64,000 bases of DNA from Veleropilina oligotropha (lineage: Eukaryota): the NCBI GenBank assembly GCA_048128005.1, contig JBEUKZ010000123.1, positions 248,001 to 312,000 of the forward strand, given 5' to 3'. Under the pieces are notes generated by a model that was not told the DNA's origin, ran no database searches, and saw only the letters and a list, made by a program, of their open reading frames with translations. Each line of letters begins with the position of its first letter. Positions within the stretch are counted from its first letter, which is position 1. The position numbers and the translations under genes were made by a program. Below, one piece after another: positions 12,801 through 24,289 of this stretch.

Positions 12801-15800
12801 CAAAACTTTACAGGTCAATTAACCACATCATTGGGTAGATCAAGTTCGAATATTGGTAATTTATTATGAAAAGTTATGTTATTTTGGCAACTTTTCGGCG
12901 ATTTTGAACATAGTCTCTGGAAGCATAGATGTGATCAATTTTCTCACATCTTTTTTTGTGATTTAGAGAAATGCTAGCTTTCCGAAACTTTACAGGTCTA
13001 TTAACCACATCATGGGGTATATTAAGTTCGAATATTGAGAATTTATTTTACAAATTTAATATTTTTTTTGACAACTTTGGACTTAGTCTCGTGAAGTAAT
13101 ATTTTTTACCTATGTATTTACACTTAGTCTCTGGGTGCATATCTATCTATGTAGCCTCTGGTGGCAGGAAATCTTGCTTAATAAATGAATTCTCATTGAG
13201 TTACTGAATACACAGCAGGCAAAAATATATATTTGGTCAATAATACGGGCAGGGGACAATCGCCACTTAGTGGCAATCACTTGTTTGTTCTGTTATGAAT
13301 CACAGTTGTCCGTAACTGGTCGAAGAGGGCGGGTTTACCCAGGCGACCTGGCTGTACTCCTGCAAAAATATGTCCTTCTTTGAATCTGATGGTTGTAAAT
13401 ATGCGGGACATTAAAAATCAATCCAATGTAATCTTAGAATTGTACTTATGAGTGCTTTCTGTTGAATGCAACTGTAAAGATTTCCAATTCACAGGTCATC
13501 ACATAGCATACCTATTCTATGTCACCCCATGTTCTCGTTTTCTCCTACAGCTTACTGGTCAGCCCAACGTCTTGTACTATGCACCTATGATCTTTGAAGC
13601 CATAGGCTTTGCGAGTCACTCTGCTTCCACCCTTGCGACAGTTGGACTAGGCGTTGTCAAGGTAATACAGTTCATTTTGGAGTTTTCTTAAGAAAATAGT
13701 ACGATATTTTCAAATTATGTGTATTTTTGAAACAAAAAGTAATATTTATGTATATGATCTGAAGATTAATTCTATATCTGACATACGCTTCCTTGTTATT
13801 TAAGCAAACTATTTTGCTGTATTCATCTGGTATGTCACTGACAACAATGTTAACAGTTCAAGTAAATGAAGAGGTCAGGCGCCAAACCCAGTAAACAACA
13901 TTCTCATTATCATGAGATAACTATCGCTGGTAGAGTTCTCTGTATGTAATTATCGATAGTCAAATCATTTTTTGCGTCAAAACCCTGTTTATCCCATGTT
14001 AAACCCGTACATGAAGCTTCTCTGTTTGCAAAAGTCAGTTGACAAAATCTCATGTGGTGCTTACCAGGTTTTGCGCCTGAACTCTTCAAAAGTATCACTG
14101 TGCTTCCTTAGCTTTTCGATGGCAAGTAAATATGCATAATGTGCCCCCAATCAATCTGACTCAACGCATGGATGGCATCGACAGAAATATATCTTGAGTG
14201 AAACTGGCTTCTGAACAGGGGAGATAATTGTGTCAATTATGTGTTCTTGCTTATTCAACTTCTATATCTATCCTGTTGTGCGCATGACAGATTTTTCAAT
14301 GACAAGTAATAATTTCACATAATCTCACAATGGCTAAATTTACTTGCTATAACTGATAGCACTGAATAATGAAGATGGTGCCAAATAGTGCTTCTACAGA
14401 TGTTACAGAATGCAGTTTACTGTCAACTCATGTCAGCAATGACATTATAATTGGCAAATTTCTCTCTTTGCAGGTCGTAGCTACCGTCATCGCTCTACTG
14501 TGCGTCGATAGGTGGGGACGGCGGAAGTTCCTTCTGTTTGGGACGGCCTTGATGGGGATTAGTATTCTGAGTTTGGGCATTCTTCTGCAAGTGAAACACA
14601 GTGACATGTTGCCGCCTGCCTGTGCAGATGTTAATTATACAAATTTCGTCGATCACTCAGGGACCTATGCAATAACCACTGACGGCAGCCCAGTTCACAG
14701 CTTAACTCTGATCAGTCCGAGTGCAGCAGACACTGACATATCTAATATTACGCTGCAAACCTCTACATCAATTTATTCGAACACTACAGACGAGAATGTG
14801 CCGAAATTCATGTCTGTCGCAACTAAAAGTATTGCACTGGTGTCGTTGATGACATACGTGGCTGCTTATGGTGTCAGCTACGGGCCAGGTGTGTATTGAA
14901 ACATTCAGCATATAGTCCTTCTTCGGAATACATTGTTTAGCTTATATGACAATGAGGTGCCCAGTAACATAGTGGATAACACCCTTTCGGGTAATAATAA
15001 TATAATTATTATATAATATAATAGTCCATTTATAACGTGCTGTATTCCATGTATATACATGCTCTAAGCGCAGACATTATTATCCCTGGTTTTATTGGCC
15101 TGTTCTGATCATGAATCGATCTCCGCTCTCTTTGAGAGTATTACAGTCAAGCTGCCATTAGTGAGCGCTATGACTATAAAGCACACCAACCAAGTACCCA
15201 TTTAGATCGGCTGGGTTGACGGAGGCAAATATATGATTACTTCATTGCCCAAGGGAAGTTGCCGAGACCGGGGGCGAACGCCGGTCGCCGAGACCGTGGG
15301 CGAACGCCGGACTCTTCCACCAGAGTCCTGTGAACAACCCACTGAGCCACGACCGCACATACTATATCAAGATTGACTTAGAATACAATGAGTGATGCCT
15401 TTGTCCGGAGCATTTCTCTAATATCTTACAGGCTAGCTTCACCAAATTTGCTGCACCCATGCATTAACTAGGATGAATACTTGGGCCTTTTGCTACATGT
15501 TTTCAAGTTTCTAAAAATTGTATTTAAAAAACCTGGAAGGATATAATGTTGACATAGAATATAATTGGTGACATCTTTGTCCGGATCATATATCCAAAAC
15601 CATGCAGTCGAGCTTCATGAAGCCTGCTACACACATTAACCAAGGTGAATACTTTTATTACTTTCAAATTTTGGATATTTTTTTAAAAGTTGAAAATAAG
15701 ATTGAAATCTCCAAAACCTTACTGGTGTTGACATGAGAGTCAAACCACCGGACAGAGTTATTTAAACTGTTCTTATTACTTGTTTGTTTGAACATTAATA

Positions 15801-18800
15801 TCATTTGACAGATGACGCTGCAATATGACATCATGATGCTATCATTATGTTAATATTAGACCGGTCAATGTTATTAAAGCATCTAAATTGGGTGAAAGCA
15901 TTAAATATTAATACTTTTTGAAAGGTAACAACATTGTACACATTATTTCAATGAATATATTGCATTTAGCACACTATTTATTTGAAATTGAATGATTGCA
16001 GTTTGCTGAAGTTAAAAAGTCAAACAGATTGTGATGTGCTGAGCTCATTTTGATAGATGTACGTGGCATATCTGTTTCAGTGACTTGGCTTGTGTTGAGC
16101 GAAATATATCCATCAACCATAAAGGGACGAGCCATATCCATAGCAACCGTCTTCAATTGGGGGATTAATCTCATTGTGTCACTGACATTTTTGGAAGTTA
16201 TTTGTAAGTATTATTTTACTGGTACCAATGGATTTGAGCCTAGAACTAACAAGTTTGTATTGTGATCTCTTATTAGCAAACTGTCAACACTAGCTCAATA
16301 TTTAGTAGAACATGATCGTTTAAAACCTGCATCAGCATGCCTTATTCTAAAGCTTAAAACTAATAAATAAAAAGGATTGCTTAAAAAATAGCTAACCATC
16401 CTTCAAATGAAAACGTTAAAGAAAGATTTTGACTACAGATGCAAAAGTTCTCCTGCTGTGACATTGTCAGCAAAGATATTTTAATAATCATTTTCTGTCA
16501 GTCTTCAACTGTTCTAATCTTTGTAAATATCTGGTAGCGATAAAATTCCATATTGAAATGCTGGCTATAAATTAATTTTGCATATGTTGAATTTCATTGT
16601 TTTTCCACAGATACCTTTGGTATATCAGGGACCTTCATCACGTACAGTGTTGTTTGCCTGCTGTCTTTCATTTTTATATTCCTTATCGTGCCAGAAACAA
16701 AAAATAAAAGCTTGGAACAGATTTCGTCTGAATTATCTAAAAGGTAATTTTGATGTATTGTATTTTGGGTTGAGTTGATGGTTAAGGTCATATGTCCAAC
16801 TTATCGCAAGATAATAGTCTGTTAGTCGGGGAAAACCTGCGTGCACGGCTAGTTATGAATAACAAATGTGGCTTTTAATTTAACAAAACTGATGATTTTA
16901 ACCCACTCCCGTTAGACAGAGCTGTCAGGCAAGTGAGTTGAGATCCTGCTCGTTTATACACTCGGCTACCGGTGCGGCCTAATTGCATGAACCTGTAGAA
17001 CGAGAATTGTGACATTCTACACAATCGATAACTCTGATTAATCCAATCGAATCGGGAATTCTAATTTGTGTGGCGTCATTATAGTAGAGTCATACAGAAT
17101 GTCACATGGCATTTGGGCACAACATTTTATTTGTCACCAACAGTAAAGATCTATCCATGATATGTAATAGATAATACACTGTCATCCTGATCGATATACT
17201 CAACCAAAAAAGAAACGCACACCTCACTTTTAGATAATTTTACCAGGTTGATAACAATTTACGAAAATTTAAGGCAAGAAAACATTTCCGAGACACTAAC
17301 TTTGTTTCCTTCTGTAATGGATTAAATTAAAGATAATTATTCCCTGCCAAAACAAATTGCGGGAGTTATTAAAATGCGGATCATCCGATCATTTGCACGT
17401 CCGTTCGTCCGTGCAAATTATCTTAAATAACAACAAGGGCAATAACTTTGTCAATGATCGCCACACAACATTAAAATTAGCAAAGGCACCAGTCCACCAA
17501 CTGCTTAATACACCCACCAAATTTCGTTAAGATATATTGAGCGGTTTATAAGATACGCTGCGGAAAAGATAATTTGCACGGGCGGACGGTTCGCATTTTA
17601 ATATTCCCAGCAATTTTTTTTTGGTCTGGAAAAAATATCTTTCATTTATTGCATTAATAGAGGAAAGAAAGTTAGTGTCTCAGAAATGATTTCGTGCAAT
17701 AAATTTTGGCAAATTGGTAACCTAGCGAAGTTATATAAAAGTGGGATGTGCGTTTCTTTTTTGGTTGAGTATATACACATAACAGGCAGAGCGAGGCTTG
17801 TTATGTGCCTATTGCCAAGGGCCGGGGTGGAAGATGTATTATCTGTTTTACACACCGAGGAAATCTATTGTCAAATGCAAGCTGTGAACTAGTATACTTT
17901 GTGTTGCATATGCCATACTGATCAAATATTACCCAACAATCCAATTGAGTCCTGTTTCCAGTCATAAATAATATTTCTTAATGCAACGAAGAATGTATTA
18001 ATTTAAAACTAATGTGTAGTCGCTTATTAATTCTATATTAGGCTATATCCTCCCGAAACATAAGAATATTATGTGAGTAAAAGCTGAACTTGTATGATTT
18101 CATCCCCAAAGTTAATTTTCTTCACTCTAACCGTTGTGTGGATATCACTTGCAGATTAGGAGATAATACCTTCTTTTTTTAATATAAATTATTAATTTAA
18201 TTTAATATCTCGATGGCAGTTACAGCATGTAATGTGTTTTATAATAATTAATTTTGTGATTTTGATCTATCAATACCAACACGGACCATCCAAATATTTC
18301 CTGTCATAAATTATTATCACATGCAATAATTTTGTGCTATTTTCAACATGATTGATATCGAAGTCTGAACATCTGATAGGCGGTATACTATCAGTGAAAG
18401 TATTGTAAAAAGACGTAATTTATTATATTAAAGATTTAAGCACTTTACCTAACTAAAAGTATATATGATACAAGGACCATTTCAAAAAATTTATTTTAAT
18501 AAGTCATAATTTTTGCAGCAGTGTTCAAAGAAAACTATAATTGTAGTTCCTATTGCTTTACAATTAGAAAATGTGTTCGAACAAATAGTTAATATAATTT
18601 TGGTAAACTGCAAAAATGTATGCCACCTATGCATACATGCACTGTTTATGCATGGATACTTACAATGTGACAGATCTGAATCAAACTTATAGTACCAACT
18701 AAGACTGTGATAAACATTATTTATGGCGTGATAGATCCATTATGGGTTTGAGCAGCATGCATTATGTTAATGAGTATAGCACCACATTATTTTGCATTAA

Positions 18801-20535
18801 CAATTAACAATCGCTATTTTAACATTACCCAAAAGTCAGCACATTTGTTAACCTTGCTTGCATGATAACTATTAAGCTTAAAAAGACATAATATAACGTG
18901 ATTCAGCAGTCCATGTTCTTGCGATGTATTAAATTGGCATTTATTTGTGGATTCGACACCATTATTCAAGTGTCTTCTGACAATATCACTTATTATTCAG
19001 TTCATATCTCTGTAACTTTTCATTCAGCCATTTTCTTTTAATGATCGAAGAATTGCGTATTATATGGAACCTATTTACGTAACCCCTTGGTCCCAATAAA
19101 TCAGGGCCACTTCGGCAGCGCAGTGGGTAAGAGTGTCCACTCTATTTTAACTGGCTTGATTCCGCTAATGCGAACAGTAGTGGGTTCAATACCTGGCAGA
19201 GGCATTGACATTTGTTCAAGTTATGAATCACAGTTGTCCGCGACTGGCCGAAGAGGGCGGGTTTACCCGGGTGACCGGGGTTTCCTCCCGCGATGACACG
19301 GACATGTCCTGCCTTGAACCTCGATGTTGTAAATATACAGGACATTAAGCATTTTTCCTCCCTCATATCTCTAACTTTTCATTCAGCCATTTTCTTTTAA
19401 TGTTCGAAGAATTGCGTATTATATGGAACTTATTTACGTAACCCCTTCGTCCCTATAAATCATATAGTAATAATACTAATATGATACGGAAATTACCACA
19501 ATAGCAAAACTCCCAGGTGCAAAGGGTTCATAAGAATTTTAGGGTCTCAAAGGAAGCATTATGTGTGCATCAGATAGATTGAATGAATAGATATCAGTTG
19601 TTTTTATAACGGTACTCTTTTGTCATCACAGTCTTAAGGAACAATGCAACGACAGGTTGGGAAATATTACATCACCAGCGCCAAATTATGCTACTATACG
19701 CGACTAGAGTGTTGGTACATGTATAATTTTTCAATTGTCTTATTTCAATTGGTGACGGAAAATAGATGGCATGATTTTTGTCAGTTTGATTTATTTTATT
19801 GAAGGTTGCTTGTTAAGGTTAGATCTTTGCTGGTAAGTTTCTGTTTGTAAGGAGCTTTGTCATTCATTGTTAATTGGGGATGGTAATTTATTTTAATGAC
19901 TCTTATTGCTTTTATGTACATGTACTTTTAAAACAGTACAAAATCCAATTTTGGTTATTGCATTATTTGGTAGTTTGTTTGTACATGTAATTAATTATTA
20001 AATAAAATAATTTAGCTGAGCACCACCTTCAGAAGTGACCTTGACCATCCATCCGGCTGTCTGGTCTAGATCGATAAACCGTGCCCAATTTGTGCCACTA
20101 TGTTGTGATTTTTCTTGTAACATGGTGATTTTCTGCACATTTACAGGAACAGAAATGAGGAACCTATTAACCTGGTGGGAAGTAAACAACCGTGAAGTAT
20201 AAATAACCGCCGATTTATTTTTAGCCCTTTGGAAAGTACATGTATGTAAAGTTAATCATTTTTTTAAGCGACACACGTAACATGTGTCTTTGTGTACACT
20301 CACTGTACATAATTTTAACATTTGAATGATATCAACTTTTGAGGTGATGCATGAATGGATAGTTATAATAATATGCATAATTAAAACTTTTCTTGCTTTA
20401 ATTTGTAGGTCCGTATTTGGCCTGGTGAAGCACTATTGTGCGGCCTGTTGCAATGTTGGCAATCACGGGTCTCCGCTCAATCTCCTGGGCAAATACCACA
20501 TGGTTCACCAGGACACAGCCATGGTGGCCACGTGA
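596..20535 (+). CDS. SLC2A12: Class III facilitative glucose transporter, GLUT10/GLUT12-like (multi-exon; 5' exon not found)
   Basis: Phase-consistent GT-AG exons: 596-814, 1589-1705, 3020-3126, 3914-3997, 4186-4289, 8590-8698, 10970-11056, 11838-11924, 13551-13661, 14474-14888, 16081-16203, 16611-16743, (19632-19655), 20409-20535. Motifs [74 protein letters not shown]2A10 versus SLC2A12 orthology cannot be resolved by eye. Confidence 0.88.
1589..1705 (+). CDS. SLC2A12: GLUT10/12-like exon (TM2)
   Basis: ttcag|...|gtaag; encodes [39 protein letters not shown]. Confidence 0.9.
1725..2150. mobile_element. hAT-like MITE with 16-bp TIRs and 5-bp TSD
   Basis: CAGGCGCGGATCCAGG...CCTGGATCCGCGCCTG flanked by GTATA on both sides. 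Confidence 0.85.
2424..2746 (-). mobile_element. tRNA-derived SINE, family B (Deu/Nin-like core, (TAT)n tail)
   Basis: Head GTCGTGGCTCAGTGG, core AATGGGTACC, (TAT)n tail; similar copies at 6575, 15010, 35779, 41967. Confidence 0.75.
3020..3126 (+). CDS. SLC2A12: GLUT10/12-like exon (TM3)
   Basis: tttcag|...|gtaag; encodes [36 protein letters not shown]. Confidence 0.9.
3914..3997 (+). CDS. SLC2A12: GLUT10/12-like exon (TM4)
   Basis: tgtag|...|gtaag; encodes [28 protein letters not shown]. Confidence 0.9.
4186..4289 (+). CDS. SLC2A12: GLUT10/12-like exon (TM5)
   Basis: ttcag|...tg|gtaggt; encodes [35 protein letters not shown]. Confidence 0.9.
5143..6530 (+). mobile_element. Non-autonomous Helentron/HINE-like element with internal ~172-bp tandem array
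   Basis: 5' ATGCCCCC with nearby GGGGGCAT, (CCGT)n microsatellite, about six 171-172-bp units (5430-6390), 3' CGGGGGCAT plus short hairpin. Confidence 0.7.
6575..6863 (-). mobile_element. SINE family B copy
   Basis: Matches 35779-36100. Confidence 0.75.
7020..7660. mobile_element. Long-hairpin non-autonomous element (diverged member)
   Basis: TAGAGGAT start, imperfect long stem around ccgaggctttgccaagg, TATCAC...GTGATA inverted pair. Confidence 0.55.
7770..8440. repeat. Dispersed repeat with an inverted copy in PPP1R8 intron 3
   Basis: Blocks match the reverse complement of 49040-49140, 50370-50620 and 52880-52915. Confidence 0.65.
8590..8698 (+). CDS. SLC2A12: GLUT10/12-like exon (TM6)
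   Basis: ttcaag|g...cag|gt; encodes [36 protein letters not shown]. Confidence 0.9.
8821..9372. mobile_element. MITE (hAT-like ends) in an (AT)n site
   Basis: CAGAGTGTCCAGCC...GGTTGGACACTG, subterminal ATCCCGA repeats, ATATAT flanks. Confidence 0.6.
9498..10892 (+). mobile_element. Tc1/mariner-pogo-like deletion derivative with HTH remnant
   Basis: TA|CTGTA...TACAG|TA ends with TTTTCGTGG subterminal repeats; 9860-10000 reads [22 protein letters not shown]...[10 protein letters not shown]. Confidence 0.7.
10970..11056 (+). CDS. SLC2A12: GLUT10/12-like exon (cytoplasmic loop)
   Basis: ttgcag|...aag|gtagga; encodes [29 protein letters not shown]. Confidence 0.85.
11053..11292 (+). repeat. 61-bp tandem repeat x4 containing the exon donor site
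   Basis: AAG|GTAGGA recurs with GT at 11057, 11118, 11179, 11240. Confidence 0.95.
11838..11924 (+). CDS. SLC2A12: GLUT10/12-like exon (TM7)
   Basis: ttcag|...cag|gttag; encodes [29 protein letters not shown]. Confidence 0.9.
11960..13285 (+). repeat. Two adjacent HINE-like elements with ~180-bp internal tandem units
   Basis: Repeated GAACATAGTCTCTGGA units; 3' ends CGGGGGCAT...CTAGTT (12710) and GGGGACAATCGCCACTTAGTGGCAATCACTTGTT (13285). Confidence 0.6.
13551..13661 (+). CDS. SLC2A12: GLUT10/12-like exon (TM7-8)
   Basis: ctacag|...aag|gtaat; encodes [37 protein letters not shown]. Confidence 0.93.
14474..14888 (+). CDS. SLC2A12: GLUT10/12-like exon (TM8-10 with large glycosylated loop)
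   Basis: ttgcag|...g|gtgtgt; [11 protein letters not shown]-x-T sequons NYT, NIT, NTT in the TM9-10 loop, a class III GLUT hallmark. Confidence 0.92.
15010..15352 (-). mobile_element. SINE family B copy
   Basis: Reverse complement matches 41967-42285. Confidence 0.75.
16081..16203 (+). CDS. SLC2A12: GLUT10/12-like exon (TM11)
   Basis: tttcag|...|gtaag; encodes [41 protein letters not shown]. Confidence 0.93.
16611..16743 (+). CDS. SLC2A12: GLUT10/12-like exon (TM12, PETK)
   Basis: ccacag|...ag|gtaat; encodes [43 protein letters not shown]. Confidence 0.92.
19104..19362 (+). mobile_element. tRNA-derived SINE, family A (V-domain-like core, (CCT)n tail)
   Basis: A-box-like GGCAGCGCAGTGG, B-box GGTTCAATACC, core GGTTTACCCGGG...GGTTTCCTCC; near-identical copies at 22445, 24650, 27346, 55821. 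Confidence 0.8.
19632..19655 (+). CDS. SLC2A12: Possible 24-nt micro-exon (or start of an alternative terminal exon ending at 19707)
   Basis: tcacag|...ag|gttggg, phase 2-2 compatible; encodes SLKEQCND; no homology support. Confidence 0.4.
20409..20535 (+). CDS. SLC2A12: Probable terminal coding exon of the GLUT10/12-like gene
   Basis: ttgtag| acceptor in phase 2, GC-richer open frame [15 protein letters not shown]...AMVAT*; no conserved motif. Confidence 0.55.
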
Positions 20536-21402
20536 CGACTTTTAGCAGTATATTTATGATAGTTTTATATGCGATAAGACAGTTTAACCGAACATCCATG
20601 ACAGTTTTGCATCCGTGTGGGCAATATTTTAGAAGAAACATCTATTTATTCGGATAATAGGTAATAAATTTAACTATTTTACTAACTATGCAGACAGGCA
20701 ACTGATAATACTCATGATTATTTATATACGATGCAATTTTTTATCACTTTTGCCAACACTAGAGAGACTTAGCATAATAATCAAGTGTAATGTGTCATTG
20801 CTAACCGTCCAATCCTGATATGCAAATATTTTATTTTTTGTCAGAATTTTTTATCCAGTTCTTCATGGTCTGTTATGTGTGTGCAATATGTACTTTTCTT
20901 GTCTATTCCCTTCACAGCGTTACGTTATATTTCTTATCTTGCCGTTGTTGACAATTTTTATAAATCTTTTCCAAGCATTTTCTCTGCCTGTTGTACTATG
21001 AAGAGCTTTGATCTGCAATTTAAAAAATAAGCATAAATTTTGTACAACTTCTGTAAATAAGTTGAAATAAATAATCACTTTGACTTTTTTAATTCTTTAC
21101 TTTTGATTATTTGTTGCTACGACCAGTTCTTTCTTTAAATTAGATAAACGTATAATATAGCCATGGATGAAACTCAATAACTGTGGTAACATCGTCCATC
21201 CACGCTGGTTCGATTTCATGATAAAATTATCAGTGACATTGTCACTGACAGTCTTCCATAACTGGTGGAGGCAGCTGCTTTTCACGAAGATATTTCCAGA
21301 TTTCCTTCCATGATAATATAGACATGTAAATTATGACCATAATATCAAATGGGCCCGCTTCACTAATCGTTCATTGCAACGACTGGCATGGAAGTCAATA
21401 AA

Positions 21403-21929
21403 TAGAGGATATCGAACGAGTGCCCATTCCATATGAGAATTATGAAACTATGAGTCGGGCACAATTTATGTACCGAGCCTTGGCGAGGTACATAAATTGT
21501 GCCCGACTCATAGTTTCATAATTCTCATATGGAATGGGCACAAGTTTCATATCTTCTTTATCACATGACTTTATTAACCTTTAAACTTATTTAATTGCGT
21601 TTTTAAACACATTTCTTTACGTTTTAAAACTAATTTCTGTCAGTACTTTCAGCCATAAATTGCCATTGCCTCAGACGCATCACGCTTCGAAAGCACGCGC
21701 CACGCCAGTACGCCAATAAAAAATAGTTCAACGTCAGTAATCAACGAATCAACGCGTATGAATTATTCAATATGTTAATGAGGGTGATGCGCCGCCTAAT
21801 CAGCTTGGCGCCAGATGCGACGACAGGGCATCTCGCTCTCCCTCATTTGCATACTTATGGGACATGTCTTTTTATATGGAAATTTATGGAACGGCTAAAA
21901 CCGTTCCATAACAGCTTTGTCATGTGATA
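21403..21929. mobile_element. Long-hairpin non-autonomous element
   Basis: Perfect 55-bp stem (21420-21474 / 21487-21541), TATCACATGAC...GTCATGTGATA inverted pair; second copy at 41381-41898. Confidence 0.8.
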
Positions 21930-22444
21930 CAAAAATGTATGAACTCATTGAAAGAGTCGACTACTTGTGAAACGTTGTTATTATCGCGAAGCGAGCGATC
22001 AGCACGTTCTTTAGTTGACTTACGAGTCACAGGTAGGAAGACAGTCATTGAAACTGGTCCCAGGACGATAAACTCCTTTTCAAATCAAATACTAGTATGC
22101 TGTCCCTGTGGCTTAGTGGGTAAAAGTGTTGCTTCTGTTCACTTCACAGAAGTTGGAGTCCTCGACTCGGACTTTATATAGTTAAGTCAGTTATCCTTAA
22201 CTGACCGGTTGGTTTCTCTGGATAATTCAGGTTTGGCTCTGGAGAGAATCTGGACATATTTCAATATGACCACTAAAGTTAAAATATGACAATAACCAAG
22301 ATGAAAATGGCCTTTTGTGTATTCATAAAGCAGTCTGCTGTCATATTGTGTCCATATTATCAAAAGAGGCAAGTTTGGATCATGAAGTGAAACCCTACGT
22401 TTTAAGGCATCCATTGTTTTGAAATCACGAGCGGTCACAAAAAA

Positions 22445-22697
22445 TGAGGAATTCTTAATGTCCTGTATATTTACAACATCGAGGTTCAAGGCAGGACATG
22501 TCCGTGTTATCGCGGGAGGAAACCCCGGTCGCCCGGGTAAACCCGCCCTCTTCGGCCAGTCGCGGACAACTGTGATTCATAACTTGAACAAATGTCAATG
22601 TCTCAGCCAGGTATTGAACCCACTACTGTTCGCATTAGCGGAATCAAGCCAGTGAAGTTAGAGTGGACACTCTACCCACTGTGCTGCCGAAGCGGCC
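22445..22697 (-). mobile_element. SINE family A copy
   Basis: Reverse complement of 19104-19362. Confidence 0.8.
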
Positions 22698-22938
22698 CGA
22701 ATTCTAGCGACTTGTGCATCATTGCTAGTTTAGTAAGATCAACCATTTTGTGGATAGAGACAAAAGTTATTTTTTTAGGGATCTTACAAAAACATAGCTT
22801 CACAGATATGGGTTTGAATCCTTGGCTATGAGACTTTGTGGATTTTAAGTAACAGTGGTCCATAACTTGACTGGATGGTGTGTTTTACCAAGGTATGTTC
22901 TTTTTATCGAGAAACTTAAGTGTGCATTCTTTAGGTTA

Positions 22939-23557
22939 CCATATAATCGCGCTTATAGGGGCATGCCCTTATAAGTGGGTATGCCCTTATATTTGAATAT
23001 AAGGTCATGCCCTTATAAGTGAAAACGTTTAAATTTTAAAACTAGTGAAATGCAATATTCCGCTTATAAGAGCAACATGTCCAACCAAGTTCCCATTTAA
23101 CAAATATACACCCACAGAGTTGTGAGATTATTTTTCATCCTTGCGTAATGTCAAATACGTTAATTTGTCCAGAACAATTCTGTAAACGTGACCGCCTATC
23201 ACCGAACTATGGAAAATAGCACCACTAAAAATCCCGACACAGATTCTATTGAAGTCATCGTTAGACGTCGACATGCCGGCGCAGACCACCTGGATGCAAA
23301 TTTGTTATTATCAATATTTATATTATTTAGTACCGGTAGTGTTCATATTATCATTATGATTTATTGCCATAATAAACAAATATAAAGCAAGACAAGAATA
23401 TCATTGCAGAATATTGTTATAACAACTTAGTGTTATAAAATCTTGCATGCCCGTATAAGTGAATTATTGCCATGCCCTTATATTTGAATATAAGAGCATG
23501 CCCTTATAAACAGGAGCGTTTAAATTTTTAAGGCGATCAAAAAATGCGATTATACGG
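22939..23557. mobile_element. Tc1/mariner-pogo-type MITE with TA TSD
   Basis: TA|CCATATAATCGC...GCGATTATACGG|TA with repeated CATGCCCTTATA motifs near both ends. Confidence 0.7.
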
Positions 23558-24289
23558 TACATATTACCCAATACTTTCACATAGGGTTCAATGTTAATGA
23601 AATTTAGAATAAAATCAATATTAATGCTCCCAAGAGAGAATCACTGCCTTGTATGATTTAATCAGCCCTTCTCATTGAAAATAAGAAAATTTTCTGTACC
23701 TCCAAGATTAAACAGGAAGTTCAAAACCGTTACTAGCAAATTGACCTTTTCAACATTGGTCAATGCCAACATTCATTAATTAATACCTAAGTAATCCGTT
23801 TGCTAGACACACATAATTCATGTATGTTCTAATTAAGTAGACACAATAATTATACCATTGAAATATATTTCACATAATATTATCCAATTAATGGCATGTC
23901 AAACATTGATAGAGTGCTGCAATCCTGTATCGAGACTTCCGGGGCGTGGCATGTACTCGCTATATTGGTATTAAATATGAAACCTATAGTCTACTTTCCT
24001 TCCACGATAAAATCATAATATGCACATGATTTGATTTTGATGTTTGATTTTTGGCTCCGATTTGTAAGAATGAGTATGAATTCTTGTCTGGGCACTTGTT
24101 TCAATTGTCGGTGACTTGTGAGGGAACGTTCTCCCGGGCGACAAGTCTTCCCTGCAATAATATGTCCAGGTAAGACACTGAATGGTGTTAAACTGAAATG
24201 TGTCCATCAGACACGAATGCCCCCACTGGCAGCCTTGACCATAGGGGCAACAAAGATTGTTTTGTGGAGTTATTTACAGACAATTAATG

